A stretch of DNA of 64,000 nucleotides. Origin: an uncultured Phycisphaerales bacterium. GTDB lineage: Bacteria; Planctomycetota; Phycisphaerae; Tepidisphaerales; Tepidisphaeraceae. The stretch lies in contig CAVWLP010000002.1 in the NCBI GenBank assembly GCA_963755915.1, positions 1,504,001 to 1,568,000 of the forward strand, given 5' to 3'. The notes beneath the pieces are model-generated. The model saw only the letters and a list, made by a program, of their open reading frames with translations. It did no database searches and was not told the origin of the DNA. Shown one piece after another: positions 21,573 through 33,479 of this stretch. Within the stretch, counting starts at the first letter, position 1. The number at the start of each line of letters is the position of its first letter. Position numbers and translations under genes: made by a program.

Positions 21573-23272
21573 TCACCACGCCGAAGCGTTTTCTCTGTCC
21601 TTCAATCTTCCAGCAACGTCCGGCGAAACGTAAATGCGGATTCCCTTCCCGTAAGCGTTCAGCCACTGCGCCACCGGCATACCCACGTCCGTCGGCATAA
21701 TCCCTTGAAAGTCGTCGCAGATCAGCACGCCCCCCGTCCGTTTAAACTCCGCCGAAACGTCCTTGACGCCAAACACGACCGATTCGGAAAAAGTGCGAAT
21801 GTCATAGCGGGGATCGGGAATGAACGGCCGGCTGCCGAGAATAAACCATTCCCGGCGAAGGCCCTTTTCGATGACCATGTTCTCTTCAGAAAACGCCCGG
21901 GGATAATCGGCCGTGGAGACGTGAAACCGCTGCATTCCCGATTCCAGTTTTCGCATCCAGGCGTCGCCGTCGTTCACTTCCGCCCACAGCGCGTTGGAAG
22001 CATCCACCGTCGGAAGCGGGTCGTGAATTTCGGGGGAAAGATAAATGCGCGTACCCGGTGGAACGTGCCGTTCAACCCATTCGGTCGCGTGGTCGGATAC
22101 AAATGTTCGCCGATCGATCACAATATTCGCGATCACATCAATCGCCGGCGGCGCCAGGGCAAACGCAAGCGCGGCCAGCGCCACCTTCGGCCAGCGCCGC
22201 GCAACCCCCCCATTCCAACGCCCGCGAAAGTGACCAGTGCCACGATCGGCCCCCCCTGGTGCTTCAGCCCAAACCCCGTGTCCTTCAGCACGCTCATCAC
22301 CAGCAGAATCGCATAAAGCGCCGAGGCCCACCGCACCCGCATTCGATCGGCCGCCGCGAGAAATAACCCGCACACCATCAGCACAACGCTCACCCCCAAT
22401 CCCTGGTAGACCGCCACGTCCAGCGCCATTTGCAGTTTCGAGCTCTGCATCCCCGCGGTCGGTTCGGCCAGCCGCACCGTCGCGATCGTCCGCAAATTGC
22501 CGATCAGGTTCGTCAAAATCCACGGCGAGACCAAAAGCGCCGTGACCGCCGTCCAAAAGGTAAAGAAGAAGATCCTCCGGACCCTGGGCCACAGGTTCGC
22601 GTCAAGATCGATCAGGTCCGCCCACGCCAGGGGCAGAAGCATCAGCATGTCGATCCGCGACGCGATGGCCAAACCCATGAAAAACGCCGACCATCCTCCG
22701 GCGCGGACGATCCGGAGCGACGGCCGCATAATAAAGGGCGATGATCCCGAACCCCCACCCCATCATGAACGGCCGCGCCTGATCCCCCATCTGCACGAAG
22801 ACCGGCAGGACGGCGACCAGCCCGCCAACCAGCGCCGCCGGCATCCAGCAACCTCGTTTCCATCCCAGCCCGAATGCCGCCCCCGCCGCCGCCACGCCAA
22901 CCAGCGCGCTCGCCATCGCCTCCACCAGCCGTGGCGTGCTCCAATCCCGGTAAAGATCGAACAAGGCGTGGTTCCCTGCCACGAACGGCCGCAACACCAG
23001 CGGCACGCCCCGCTCTTCAGCGCTGGGATGAATCAGATACGCACCGAATCCACCGCCGCAAACGCCCAGCTTATCCAGATCTGCGGCCCAGCCGGAGAAT
23101 ATTTGTACGTGGGTGTGATCCCCTCCCAAAGCGCAAAGCCGCTGATCACATACGGCCGCTCATCGTAATCGCGCCTTTCGTAGCGTCCCGGAAAATCACC
23201 CCATCGCAGGACGGTGGCGACAAGAATCACCACGATCAACCCCAGGCGGCGATGCAAGGAAGTCCCCTCCAT
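21573..23272 (-). CDS. GT-C membrane glycosyltransferase (ArnT/PMT, GT39-like); several frameshifts
   Basis: N-terminal TM then DYDERPY loop; many TM segments spread over ORFs 23033-23272, 22602-23129, 22133-22729, 21573-22592; soluble tail WVERHVPPGTRI. Confidence 0.6.
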
Positions 23273-23466
23273 CTCGCGCCATCGTCCCGGTTCCCGGCAT
23301 TTTTTTCAATATGCCAAAACCAATTCCACCAGCGGGTCCACCTGGGGCCATCTTCGCCGGCAAATAATTCGAACCAAAGCCTATCAGCGATGCCTCGCCC
23401 GGTGCTATACTTTGGCTGCTGAGGGGGGACGGCAACAGTGGCCTGATTCGTGGATTTATAGGCGGG

Positions 23467-24561
23467 ATGTTTCGAGTTCACTTTCCTTTTCTTGACACCT
23501 CACGCGACGCTTTGAGCCTGACCTGCGCTCTTCGCGCCGGTGGTTTGAGCGGCGCCACCGGTTCGCGCCGGACCGGAATACGAGAAGTATGCGGCGTTAA
23601 ACGCCCAGGCCGCCAACCATTTCCAGGTCGTCGGCCTCGAAGATGCGCAAGTGCTGATCTACCCGCATATGGTCTATCCGCAAAACGGCCTGCTCGAACC
23701 CCAGGTCCAGACGACCGCCGACGAGGCCCGGAAGCGAAAGATCGGCTGCATTTTCTTCTCATCCGGCGACGCCGGCGAGCAAATCAATGTCCCCTATGGA
23801 ACCGTCTATCGCCAATCCCTCTTTACCGACCACCGCCTTCCCAACGAACAAGCTGCGCCCGCGGAAGTTGCCGACCCCCAGGTGGAGCTGAACACCACCC
23901 TTTCCCCCCGCGATTTCGCGGCAGCGCCATCCGTGGGCTTCTGCGGTTATGTCAGCAATCCCCTGATGCGCTGGGTCTATCGTCGTGCGGGCAGGATCAG
24001 AAAAGCCGAAGGTTTGCAACTCCGCGCCCGGCGCTTCGGGCGTTGCAGCGCACGCGCGGCCTGCGCACGAATTTCCTCGTCCGCCAGATGTATCGCGCAG
24101 GGATGCGCGGGCGGTTTCACCATTTCGCCAAGGGCGAATTTAAGCCCCGCGCCCAGTTCTGGGACAACATTTTCAGCAACGATTACACCCTCTGTCTCCG
24201 CGGCGCCGGGAATTTCTCTTATCGCTTGTACGAGGTTCTCGCCTCAGCGAGGATCCCCCTGTTCATCAACACCAACTGCGTGCTCCCTTTGCAGGACGAA
24301 ATTGATTGGAAGCGCCACTGCGTTTGGGTCGAAGAGGATCAAATCGATTCCGCCGGAAAAATCCTGCAGGATTTCCATTCCCGCCTCACGCCCGAGGAGT
24401 TTCGAAATCTCCAGCTCGCCAACCGGCGGCTGTGGGAGGAAAAACTCAGTCCCCTCGGTTTTTGGAAGGCAATCGTCAGCCGCGAAATCACCGCGCCAGC
24501 ACCAGCTCCAGAAGCGCCCCATTATTATTATAGTTCTTCGCAAAATCCCCCGCATAATTGA
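23467..24561 (+). CDS. Exostosin-family (GT47) protein (frameshifts ~23565, ~24030)
   Basis: PSVGFCG, YTLCLRGAGNFSYRLYEVLASARIPLFINTNCVLPLQDEIDW. Confidence 0.8.
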   Translation: MFRVHFPFLDTSRDALSLTCALRAGGLSGATGSRRTGIREVCGVKRPGRQPFPGRRPRRCASADLPAYGLSAKRPARTPGPDDRRRGPEAKDRLHFLLIRRRRRANQCPLWNRLSPIPLYRPPPSQRTSCARGSCRPPGGAEHHPFPPRFRGSAIRGLLRLCQQSPDALGLSSCGQDQKSRRFATPRPALRALQRTRGLRTNFLVRQMYRAGMRGRFHHFAKGEFKPRAQFWDNIFSNDYTLCLRGAGNFSYRLYEVLASARIPLFINTNCVLPLQDEIDWKRHCVWVEEDQIDSAGKILQDFHSRLTPEEFRNLQLANRRLWEEKLSPLGFWKAIVSREITAPAPAPEAPHYYYSSSQNPPHN

Positions 24562-25708
24562 ACGTCAGCCGCGCATGCGGTCCAAACGCAAACCCAATCC
24601 CCAGCGTCGGCGACCAGTAATCCGGCACCGCCGCACGGTTCAGGAAATTGTTGTACGTGATGCTCCCCTCCACCAAAATCGGCGTCCCCGGAAATCGAAA
24701 CCGCGCATCCAGCCCATTGCTCAAAATCCACTGGTCGATGTCCGTGTCAAACGAATATCCATCCACCGCCACATCGATGTTCCCCGTGTAATTAATCTGA
24801 TCCCCCAATGTCAGCGTCAGCGTCCCCAGGTGCAGCGCCAAACTGCTCGTCCCACCCCCGCCGATCAGAAGGCCCCCCGACGCCTGATCGTAGCTCGCCG
24901 AAAGCCCCGCATAAGCCCACGGCGAAACCTGCCAGCTCAGCCCATTGCCGCTGTTGTTGAGAATCGTGATCGGCAGCGCCACTTCCTCGGCAATCGTATA
25001 CGCCTCGCTGCTCCCCACTTCGCGATAAACCAGCGTCGTTCCGAAATTGATCGCCACATTGCTTCCAAATCTCCCGCCCGAAGCCAGCGAAAGATTCGCC
25101 CAGTTTCCGTCCAGTCCGCCCGCCCGGTTCCATCCTCCCTGCGCGTCAATTCCCCAATAACTTCCCCCGCTGTCGAAGACTGTTTCTGTCTGCTGCTGAT
25201 TACGAATACCCAGCCGGTTGAACACGTCCGTCGCCACCAGCGCCGTCGAAGCCTGCGGATTCCCATCCAGCGACGCCACCGGCGAAAGCTGGTCCATCGA
25301 CTTCAAAAACTGCGCATACGCCCGTTCCCCGTCCCCCTTGATGAAGTTCTGAATCTGGCTTTGCAGGTCCGATGCGTTGCTCCCCACAAACGTCCGCTCA
25401 AACCCCGTCGTCGGAAACGAAATCGTCGCCTGCGTCTGCGTAATATTCTCCGTCAGGATCACCGCGTTCGGCACCCCTCCCCAATTCAGCGACGCCGTCA
25501 CGTTCTGCCCCGCCAGCGGAAAGAAATTGTCGTTGAACGTGATCAGATTATTCGTGAGATTGATGATGTTCCCGCTGGAATCGCTAACCGAAGTCCCCCC
25601 CGACCCATTCGCGTTCATCGTGAAAAAATCTTGCGCCCGCCCGACGATCGGCAACGCAAAAAGCGCCACCAGACCGACGACAACAAACCGTCCGCCGAAC
25701 GATTTCAT
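24488..25708 (-). CDS. Signal-peptide protein with probable C-terminal outer-membrane beta-barrel
   Basis: Signal peptide MKSFGGRFVVVGLVALFALPIVGRA; alternating hydrophobic/aromatic strands in C-terminal ~250 aa; begins 26 bp after shc stop. Confidence 0.65.
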   Translation of the reverse strand: MKSFGGRFVVVGLVALFALPIVGRAQDFFTMNANGSGGTSVSDSSGNIINLTNNLITFNDNFFPLAGQNVTASLNWGGVPNAVILTENITQTQATISFPTTGFERTFVGSNASDLQSQIQNFIKGDGERAYAQFLKSMDQLSPVASLDGNPQASTALVATDVFNRLGIRNQQQTETVFDSGGSYWGIDAQGGWNRAGGLDGNWANLSLASGGRFGSNVAINFGTTLVYREVGSSEAYTIAEEVALPITILNNSGNGLSWQVSPWAYAGLSASYDQASGGLLIGGGGTSSLALHLGTLTLTLGDQINYTGNIDVAVDGYSFDTDIDQWILSNGLDARFRFPGTPILVEGSITYNNFLNRAAVPDYWSPTLGIGFAFGPHARLTFNYAGDFAKNYNNNGALLELVLAR

Positions 25709-25733
25709 GAGCTTCTCCGACTGTAAATTGCTT

Positions 25734-27664
25734 TTACGCTTTAGCGAGCAACCGTCGATAGCGCGAAAGCGCCGTCAACGGAAAATACAATCGGTAGAGG
25801 TGATACTTCAGGTAAAAAACTTTCGGGAACCCCGTCCCCGTAAAAAACGGCTCTTCCCAGCTCCCATCCGCCCCCTGATGTTCGATGAGCCACTCAATAG
25901 CCCTATGGACCGCCGGATTATCGGCGCCTAAAACCGCCATCAATCCCATCGCTCCCCAGGCCGTTTGTGAAGCCGTGCTTTCCCCCTGCCCCTTCAGCGA
26001 AGAATCATGATAGCTCTGGCACGTCTCCCCAAAACTCCCATCCGCCTTCTGCACGCTCAGCAGCCAATCCGCCGCCCGGCGCACATACGGCTGCGTCATA
26101 TCCTCACCCACCGAGCGCAACCCGGTAAGCACCTGCCAGCTTCCGTAAACATAATTCACTCCCCACCTTCCCCACCACGCCCCGGATGGATCCTGATGCT
26201 TCTTGAGAAACGCGATCGCCCGTGGAATCGCCGGATGATCCGTGCGAATTCCGCAGTGCCCCAGCCCCTCCATCGCCCGCCCGACGATGTCCGGGCAGCT
26301 CGGGTCCTGCATCGCGTTATGATCTGCGAACGGAATTTTTTCCAGGATCGGCCTGCTCCGCGTCCGGTCAAACGCCGCCCATCCGCCGTCCTCGTTCTGC
26401 ATGTTCAGCAGCCACTTCACGCCGCGCTCAATTGCCGGCTTGGCGCGTTCTCCGCCCAGCCGGCTTAGCGACGCCAGCACGATCGCCGTGTCATCTACAT
26501 CCGGATAATTTGGATTGTGGAACTCAAAAAACCACCCCGACGGCTCCACGGGATCGCAATTCATTTGCCAATCCGCCGCCACCCGGCACTCCTTATTCAG
26601 CAGCCAGCTCACCCCGCTCTGCGCCTCCGCCGACTCCGGACTAATCTCCGCCTCCGCCAGCGCATGCATCGCCAGCCCCGTATCCCACACCGGCGAAACG
26701 CAAGGCTGAAGCCGGATCGTCTCCCCCTCCTCGATATAAAAATCCCGCAGATCCTTATGCGCTTTGACCACCGTCGGATCATCATCCGGATATCCCAGCG
26801 CCCGCAGCACGATCAGTATGTAAACCATCGGCGGAAAAATCGCCCCCAGCCCCTCCGAATTTTCCATCCGCTCCAGCAGCCATTTCTCCGCCGCATTCAT
26901 CGCCCCGCGCCGCAAAAGCCCGATCGGGCTCTGGTCATACGCCTTCAGCAATTCATCCAATCTGAGGAACAGATCATTCCAATTCCTCGGTATTCCCCGC
27001 CCCGGTGTCCCCACGCGATTCGCCGCCGCGCGGTCGATGTACAGCTCATCCATCCCCATCTCCGCCGGCAGCTTCCGCGTATATCGCAGCGTCGTCACAA
27101 ACGACAGCGGCAAAATCATCGTCCGCGTCCACGCCGACACGTGATACATATTGAAATAAAACCACTTCGGAAGGAAAACAATCTCCGGCGGAATGCTCGG
27201 ACACGCGTCATAGCTGATCTGCCCCAGCGCCGCGAAATAAAACTTGGTAAAGCTGTTGCACTTCTCCGCGCCACCCAGCGAAAGCACAATTTCCCTTGCC
27301 CTTCCCATATGCGGCGACCCCGGATCATCCCCCATCAGCTTCAGCGCGAAATACGCCTTCACCGTCCCCGATAAATCCGACGGCCCCCCCGGAAACAAGC
27401 TCCATCCCCCCTCCGGATTCTGCAGCCCCCGCAGAAAATTCGCGATCTTCGGCAAATCCCGGTCATCCTCCTGCTCCAGGATCCATTTCATCAGAATATA
27501 TTCCGACTCCAGGATGCTGTCCCCCTGAAGCTCCCCCACCCAATACCCCTGCGGATTCTGCACCCGCAGAAGCGCATCCGCGCTCGTTGCCAGGTAACTT
27601 CCACCCGATTCAGCTCCCGCATCACCGCCCGCAGTGGTGTCTTCGCGCTTTCCGTCGATGTCAT
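25734..27664 (-). CDS. shc: Squalene-hopene cyclase (frameshift ~27592 near N-terminus)
   Basis: Catalytic YPDVDDTA, QW repeats (QNPEGGW, QNEDGGWAAFD, QGADGSW), SPVWDT, GRWGVNY, TGTGFP. Confidence 0.96.
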
Positions 27665-27854
27665 CGCTGAATTCACGGTCGGGAAATTACTCGCCTTCTC
27701 CCCGCGCACAAGCCCCGCTCCCGACTGGAGTTCTGAATGCGAATCTGGGTAAAGACCGATAATCAACAGACCCTATACCAAGGAATTGGCCGATAGATAT
27801 CTTTTTGTCTTGCATATATGATCCGGCAATTCGTCGGAAGGACGTCCTTTTCTC

Positions 27855-29241
27855 ATGGACAACGATTTCGCCGCCTGGCTTGAGCAATTTCAGGGACAGG
27901 GCTTCGATCTTCATCAGGAGCACCTTAATCCAGCCTTCGTCAAAATGCTCCGCGCCATCGGTTTCGACAAGCACTACGTCCGCGGCGAAGGGTGCTACCT
28001 CTGGGACGAAGAGGGAAACAAATATCTCGATCTCCTCACCGGCTGGGGCGTCTTCGCACTCGGCCGCAACCACCCCAAAATCAAATCGATCCTCAAACAA
28101 CTGATCGACATGGACCGCCCCAATCTGGTCCGCATGGATTGCAGCCTCCTCTCCGGACTCGCCGCACAGGCCCTCGTCCGCCACGTTCCCGACAGCCTCT
28201 CCCGCGTCTTCTTCACCAACAGCGGCACCGAAACCGTCGAAGCCGCGCTCAAATTCGCCCGCTGCGCAACCGAGCGCCAGGAAATCATCTACTGCGATCA
28301 CGCCTTCCACGGCCTCACCCTCGGCTCCCTTTCCGTCAACGGCGATCAATTCTTCCGCGAACGCTTCGGTGAGCTAATCCCCGGCGGCCGCAAAATCCCC
28401 TTCAACGATCTCATCGCCCTCGAACAGCCAGCTCAGCAAGCGCGAAGCCGCCGCCTTCATCGTCGAGCCCGTCCAGGGAAAAAGCTGCGAAGTCGTCTCC
28501 GATGATTTCCTCGTCGAGGCCCAGCGCCTCTGCCACAAATATGGCACTCTCCTCATCGCCGACGAAGTGCAGTGCGGTCTCGGCCGAACCGGAAAATGGT
28601 TCGCCTTCCAGCACTGGCCCGACGTCGAGCCCGACATCGTCTGCTGCGCCAAGGCCCTCTCCGGCGGATTCGTCCCCGTCGGCGCCGTCATCACCACCCC
28701 GCGCATCATGGACTCCGTCTTCAACTCCATGGAACGCTGCGTCGTTCATTCCAACACCTTCGGCCAGAACGATATGGCCATGGCCTCCGCGCTCGCCAGC
28801 ATCTACGTCATCGAGGAAGAAAGCCTCGTCGAAAATGCCGCCGCCATGGGCGAATACGTCATGCGAAAGCTCCGCCCCATCGCCGATGTCTGCCCCTTCG
28901 TCTCCGACCTCCGCGGCAAAGGCCTCATGTTCGGCCTCGATTTCGCCCGGCCCGAATCGTCACTCAAACTCAAGATGGCCTGGGACATGCTCCACCGCCT
29001 CAACTTCGGCGTCTTCGGGCAGATGATCATCATCCCCCTCCTCGAACGCCACCGCATCCTCACGCAAGTCGCCGGCTATCACACGGAAGTCATCAAATTC
29101 CTCCCACCCATGGTTGCCACGCAGGAAGACATGGATTGGTTCCTGACTGCCATCGAAGACGTCCTCGAAGACGTCCAGCGCATCCCCGGCTCCGCCTGGG
29201 CGACGGTCTCCGGCCTGGCCAAACGCGCAATGCTCGCCTGA
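27855..29241 (+). CDS. hpnO: Class III aminotransferase, aminobacteriohopanetriol synthase type (frameshift ~28428)
   Basis: YLDLLTGWGVFALGRNHP, NSGTETVEAALK, FHGLTLG, DEVQCGLGRTG, AKALSGG, HSNTFG; located between shc and hpnN. Confidence 0.85.
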
Positions 29242-29242
29242 C

Positions 29243-31897
29243 ATGGGTTTCCTCCAGCGCCGGATTCTCATCGCCGTCCTCGCGATCGTCTCCCATCCCT
29301 GGATCACGCTCGCCATCGTCGCCCTCTCCGTAGCCGCCTGCACCGGCGCTGCCCTCAACTGGCTCACCATCTCCAGCAGCCAGAACGAGCTCTTCTCCAC
29401 CAAGCCCTGGTTCTTCCACGACTATCTCGAGTACATCAATCGCTTCAAGGAAAACGAAGCCCTCTACATCGTCATCGAGCCCACCGATCCGCACGGCCAG
29501 CCTCCCGTCTCGCAATGGACCGCCGTCGCCGACGCCGTCACCAATCGCCTCCGCTCCCTCACCGACCACGTCCTCGACGCCTACTGCAAAATTCCACTCG
29601 AGCAGCTAGGCGACCAGGCCCTCCTCTTCCAGGACCCCGCCAAGCTCCCCGCCAGTTTTTCCTCCGTCCAGCAACTCGCCCAGCTCACCGCCATCTGGGG
29701 CGCTAAGCCGACCTTCTTCATCTCCGCCCTCGGCAAAAACCCCATCGAGCGCTCCCTCGCCGGCGCCGCCGCCCGGCCCGACGCCAACACCGCAAATTTC
29801 ATCGCTCAATTGGGCCAATCCTGGGACGACGCCATCCGCAATCCCACAAAACAACTCGCCGTCGGCGACGGCGTCACCGATTTCCGCGCCATCGGCGCAA
29901 CCTCTCCCACCGACCTCGGCTACTTCTACGTCCCCGACCAGACCGACCGCTCCCGCTTCCGCATCATCGTCACCGTCTACCCCCGCCTCGAGCACGAATC
30001 ACTCACCAGCGTCACCACCACCGTCAACGCCATCCGCGACAACGCCGTCTCCGCCGGCGCACCGTTCCCCCAATTTCAGATCGGCGTCACCGGCCGTCCC
30101 GCCCTCGAAGCCGACCAGATGGAAACCACCGACGTCGACTCCCACAGAGCCGAAATCGTCGCCCTCGCCGTCGTCTTCATCGGCATGGCTTTCATGCTCC
30201 AATCCCTCTGGCTCGCCCTCGCCGCCGAAATCTCCCTCTGCGTCGGCATCGGCTGGTCCTTCGGCTGGGCCACCCTCGCCATCGGCAGGCTCAACCTCCT
30301 CTCCCTCGTCTTCCTCATCGCCCTCATCGGCATCGGCATGGATTACCTGGTCCAGATCCTCTCCCGCTATCGCCGCGAAGCGCGCCGCTACCAGCGCCCA
30401 AAAGCCATCTGGACCAGCGTCTTTAAATTTGTCGGCCCCCCAATCAACACCGCCTGCCTCGGCGCTGCCGGCGCTTTCCTCGTCGCCGTCTTCACCGATT
30501 TCCGCGGCGCCGGCGAGCTCGGCATCATTGCCGGCGGCGGCCTCCTCCTCTGCCTCACCGCCGGCTACATCGTCCTCCCTGCGCTGCTGACGATCTTTCC
30601 CCCCAAGCTCAAGCACCTCGACGTCTCTCTGCGCTTTACCCCCGTCAAACCCGTCAGCCGCGGAATCCTCGCCCTACCCGTCGTCTGGGCAGCCCTCCTC
30701 CTCGCTGGCTCACACTTTATGCCGGATGCGCATTTCGATCCAAACCTCATCAAGCTCCAGGTCCCCGATCTCCCTTCCGTCCAGCTCATTCGCACTCTTC
30801 AAACCTGGGTCGGCGTCGTCATGTCCAAAGACCTCGACCAGCTCCGCCAAATCCGCTCCGCCGTCTCCGGCCTCTCCGTCGTCACCTCCACCGACAGCGT
30901 CCTCAACGCCCAGGACAATCTCGCCTGGCTGAAAGCCCACGCCTCCGAAGTCCCAAATATCCAGTGGACCGACCCCGAGCCCGTGACACCGTCCGACCTC
31001 CTCTCCATCTCCCAAAAATCCCGCAATCTCTCCGCCGTCCTCAAAAACTTCCCCACCGCCAGTCAGGTCCTCTCTCAATTCGCCGACGATATCGATCACC
31101 TCTCGCCCGATTCCACCGCCGCCGCCGCCAAACAGCTTTCCACCTGGCAGCGCATCTTCGTCGCCGAGATCAAAAACCTCATGGCCCAGTTTACCCCCTC
31201 GAAGCTCGACATCGCCGCACTCCCCCATCAGCTCCGCAATCACTATTTCAACGACGGCTACTACGCCCTCTTCATCTACCCCGCCAAAGATCTTTGGGAC
31301 GACGCCAGCCTCAACCAATTCGAATCCACGGTAGAAGCCGCCGTCGCCAAAATCCCCGGCGCACCGCACGTCACCGGAATCGCCTCCAACGTCTATCACA
31401 CAACGGGTGCCATCCACACCGCCTTCTTCGATTCAACGGTCTACGCCCTGGCTCTGATTTTTATCCTGGTCTTCCTCGATTTCCGCAAAATCGTCCCCAC
31501 CCTCGCCGCGATAAGCGTCCTCGCGTTGGGCCTCCCCATGCTCGTCGCCCTGATGGGCCTCTTCAACGTAAGCTGGAACTTCGCCAACTTCTTCGGCCTC
31601 CCGATCCTGATCGGCGCCGGCCACGAATATGGCGTCTTCATGGTCCACCGTTTCGAGGAAGCCAAAAATAATCCCCGCCGCGCCTGGCGACGCTGGGACG
31701 TCTCCGACCGCGCCCTCCTCCTCTGCGCCTACATCACTTCGAGCAGCTTCGGCTTCTTCTGGCTCCTCGCCCACCACGAGGGATTGAAAAGTCTGGGCCT
31801 GGTCATGGCCCTCGGCACCGCCTGCATCTACCTCGCCACCCTCCTGGCCCTCCGCCCGCTATTGAAGTGGCGCCTCCGCCAACTCAACGGCGGCTGA
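29243..31897 (+). CDS. hpnN: Hopanoid transporter, MMPL/RND family
   Basis: 884 aa, two TM bundles, VTGRPALEADQ, LIGIGMDY, PILIGAG.EYGV; directly follows hpnO. Confidence 0.85.
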   Translation: MGFLQRRILIAVLAIVSHPWITLAIVALSVAACTGAALNWLTISSSQNELFSTKPWFFHDYLEYINRFKENEALYIVIEPTDPHGQPPVSQWTAVADAVTNRLRSLTDHVLDAYCKIPLEQLGDQALLFQDPAKLPASFSSVQQLAQLTAIWGAKPTFFISALGKNPIERSLAGAAARPDANTANFIAQLGQSWDDAIRNPTKQLAVGDGVTDFRAIGATSPTDLGYFYVPDQTDRSRFRIIVTVYPRLEHESLTSVTTTVNAIRDNAVSAGAPFPQFQIGVTGRPALEADQMETTDVDSHRAEIVALAVVFIGMAFMLQSLWLALAAEISLCVGIGWSFGWATLAIGRLNLLSLVFLIALIGIGMDYLVQILSRYRREARRYQRPKAIWTSVFKFVGPPINTACLGAAGAFLVAVFTDFRGAGELGIIAGGGLLLCLTAGYIVLPALLTIFPPKLKHLDVSLRFTPVKPVSRGILALPVVWAALLLAGSHFMPDAHFDPNLIKLQVPDLPSVQLIRTLQTWVGVVMSKDLDQLRQIRSAVSGLSVVTSTDSVLNAQDNLAWLKAHASEVPNIQWTDPEPVTPSDLLSISQKSRNLSAVLKNFPTASQVLSQFADDIDHLSPDSTAAAAKQLSTWQRIFVAEIKNLMAQFTPSKLDIAALPHQLRNHYFNDGYYALFIYPAKDLWDDASLNQFESTVEAAVAKIPGAPHVTGIASNVYHTTGAIHTAFFDSTVYALALIFILVFLDFRKIVPTLAAISVLALGLPMLVALMGLFNVSWNFANFFGLPILIGAGHEYGVFMVHRFEEAKNNPRRAWRRWDVSDRALLLCAYITSSSFGFFWLLAHHEGLKSLGLVMALGTACIYLATLLALRPLLKWRLRQLNGG

Positions 31898-32000
31898 CGA
31901 GGAAACCTGATTTGTATCCGGTCCCCCATTGCCATCTGATAGACTCGAATCACCTCTGGTGTCTGGATTTGATGTCGTATTGCGCTAGCAGGAGCCAACA

Positions 32001-33223
32001 ATGGATGAAACTGAACGCAAAGACACAAGCGAGCAACCTGTAGATCCCAAGCCCCAGCCCTCCTCCGAAACAGACCCCTCCCCCCTCCGCAGCGTCCACA
32101 CCGACACTTTCGCCCGCTTGCTCACACGCTTTAACATTTCCCTCGCAGTCACCACCTATCAGGCCGGCAAGCTCGTCCTCCTCCGTCCGCAGGTCGTCGA
32201 TGGCAAAGCCCTCGTCAACACCCACTTTCGCAATTTCCAGAAACCGATGGGTTTCGCCTGGGAACGCGGCCACTTCGCCGTCGGCACAAACAGCGAAATA
32301 TGGGAGTTTCACGACATCCCCGCCGTCGCCCCAAAATTGCAACAATTCCCTTCCCTGCCCCCATTCGATTCCGTATTCCTTCCCCGCCTCTGCAACATGA
32401 CCGGCGACATGCAAATCCACGAGATGGTCTGGCTTCCAAGCTCATCCGCCCACCAATTAACCAAAAAAAACATTTCTCTGAACTCTGGTTCATCAACACC
32501 AGGTTCTCCTGCCTCGCAACCCGAAGCGAAACCTATAGTTTCGTCCCCCGCTGGCGTCCCTCTTTTATCACCGCCCTCGCCCCCGAAGACCGCTGTCATC
32601 TCAACGGCATGGCCCTTCGCGACGGAACCATACGATACGTCACCGCTTTAGGCGCCACCGACGAGGCCGGTGGCTGGCGAAACGACAAACGCGCCGGTGG
32701 CGTCCTCATCGACTTGCACAGCAACGAAATCATCGTACGCGGATTATCCATGCCCCATTCGCCACGCTGGCACAACGGAAAACTATGGCTCCTCGAAAGC
32801 GGCAACGGCGGCATCGGCTACGTCGATGAACAAACCGGAAAATACCGCCAGATCTGCCGCGTCCCCGGCTTCACCCGCGGACTCGATTTCGTCGGCCCCT
32901 ACGCCTTCGTCGGACTCTCCCAGGTCCGCGAAAGCGCCGTCTTCAGCGGTATTGCGATTGCAGAAATCCCAGAGAAAGACCGCTTCTGCGGCGTATGGGT
33001 CATCGACACAAACACCGGCGCCATCGTCGGTTTCGTAAAATTCACCGACGCCGTCCAGGAAATATTCGCCGTCCAGGTCCTGCACGGTTTGACGTGGCCG
33101 GAAATTCTCAACGAGGGCGAAAAATTCATCGCCGAAACCTACGAACTGCCCGACGACGCACTTCGAAATGTTCCCCCCAATCTGAGACAGCTCGCAGGCG
33201 CGCGTTCGCTTCCCCGACAGTGA
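32001..33223 (+). CDS. TIGR03032/DUF4915 family protein (frameshift in A-run ~32463-32470)
   Basis: SLAVTTYQAGKL, PMG, TGD..IHEM, SFVPRWRP.FI..LAPEDRCHLNG, GLSMPHSPRWH, PGFTRGLDF, FVGLSQVRE. Confidence 0.9.
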
Positions 33224-33479
33224 CGGCCAATTGGAAGTGCTGCAATTTTCCGTCGCGTCTCTCGCGAGTGACGATCAGAAAAGTTCTGCGGATGTTGTCC
33301 ATCTGTGCGCAGTTTCAATATCCTGTTAAAAAGATTTTTCCCGTTGCACTCCCACAGAGCATTGTTAGACTTCATTCGTTGTTAATCGGTTCATTCTATT
33401 TTTAAGGATTCGCACTTTTCGTGTGGCGGTGGATTCTCTATGCGTTAAATCCCGGCAATTCCAGGGTTAGGAGGCTGCC

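Noticed and set aside
23651-25726. 691-aa plus-strand ORF
   Set aside because: Only the first ~125 aa belong to the frameshifted GT47; the rest is off-frame or antisense to the beta-barrel gene
32461-32471. Phase-variable A8 tract in the TIGR03032 gene
   Set aside because: A homopolymer indel is an ordinary long-read error and nothing else supports switching
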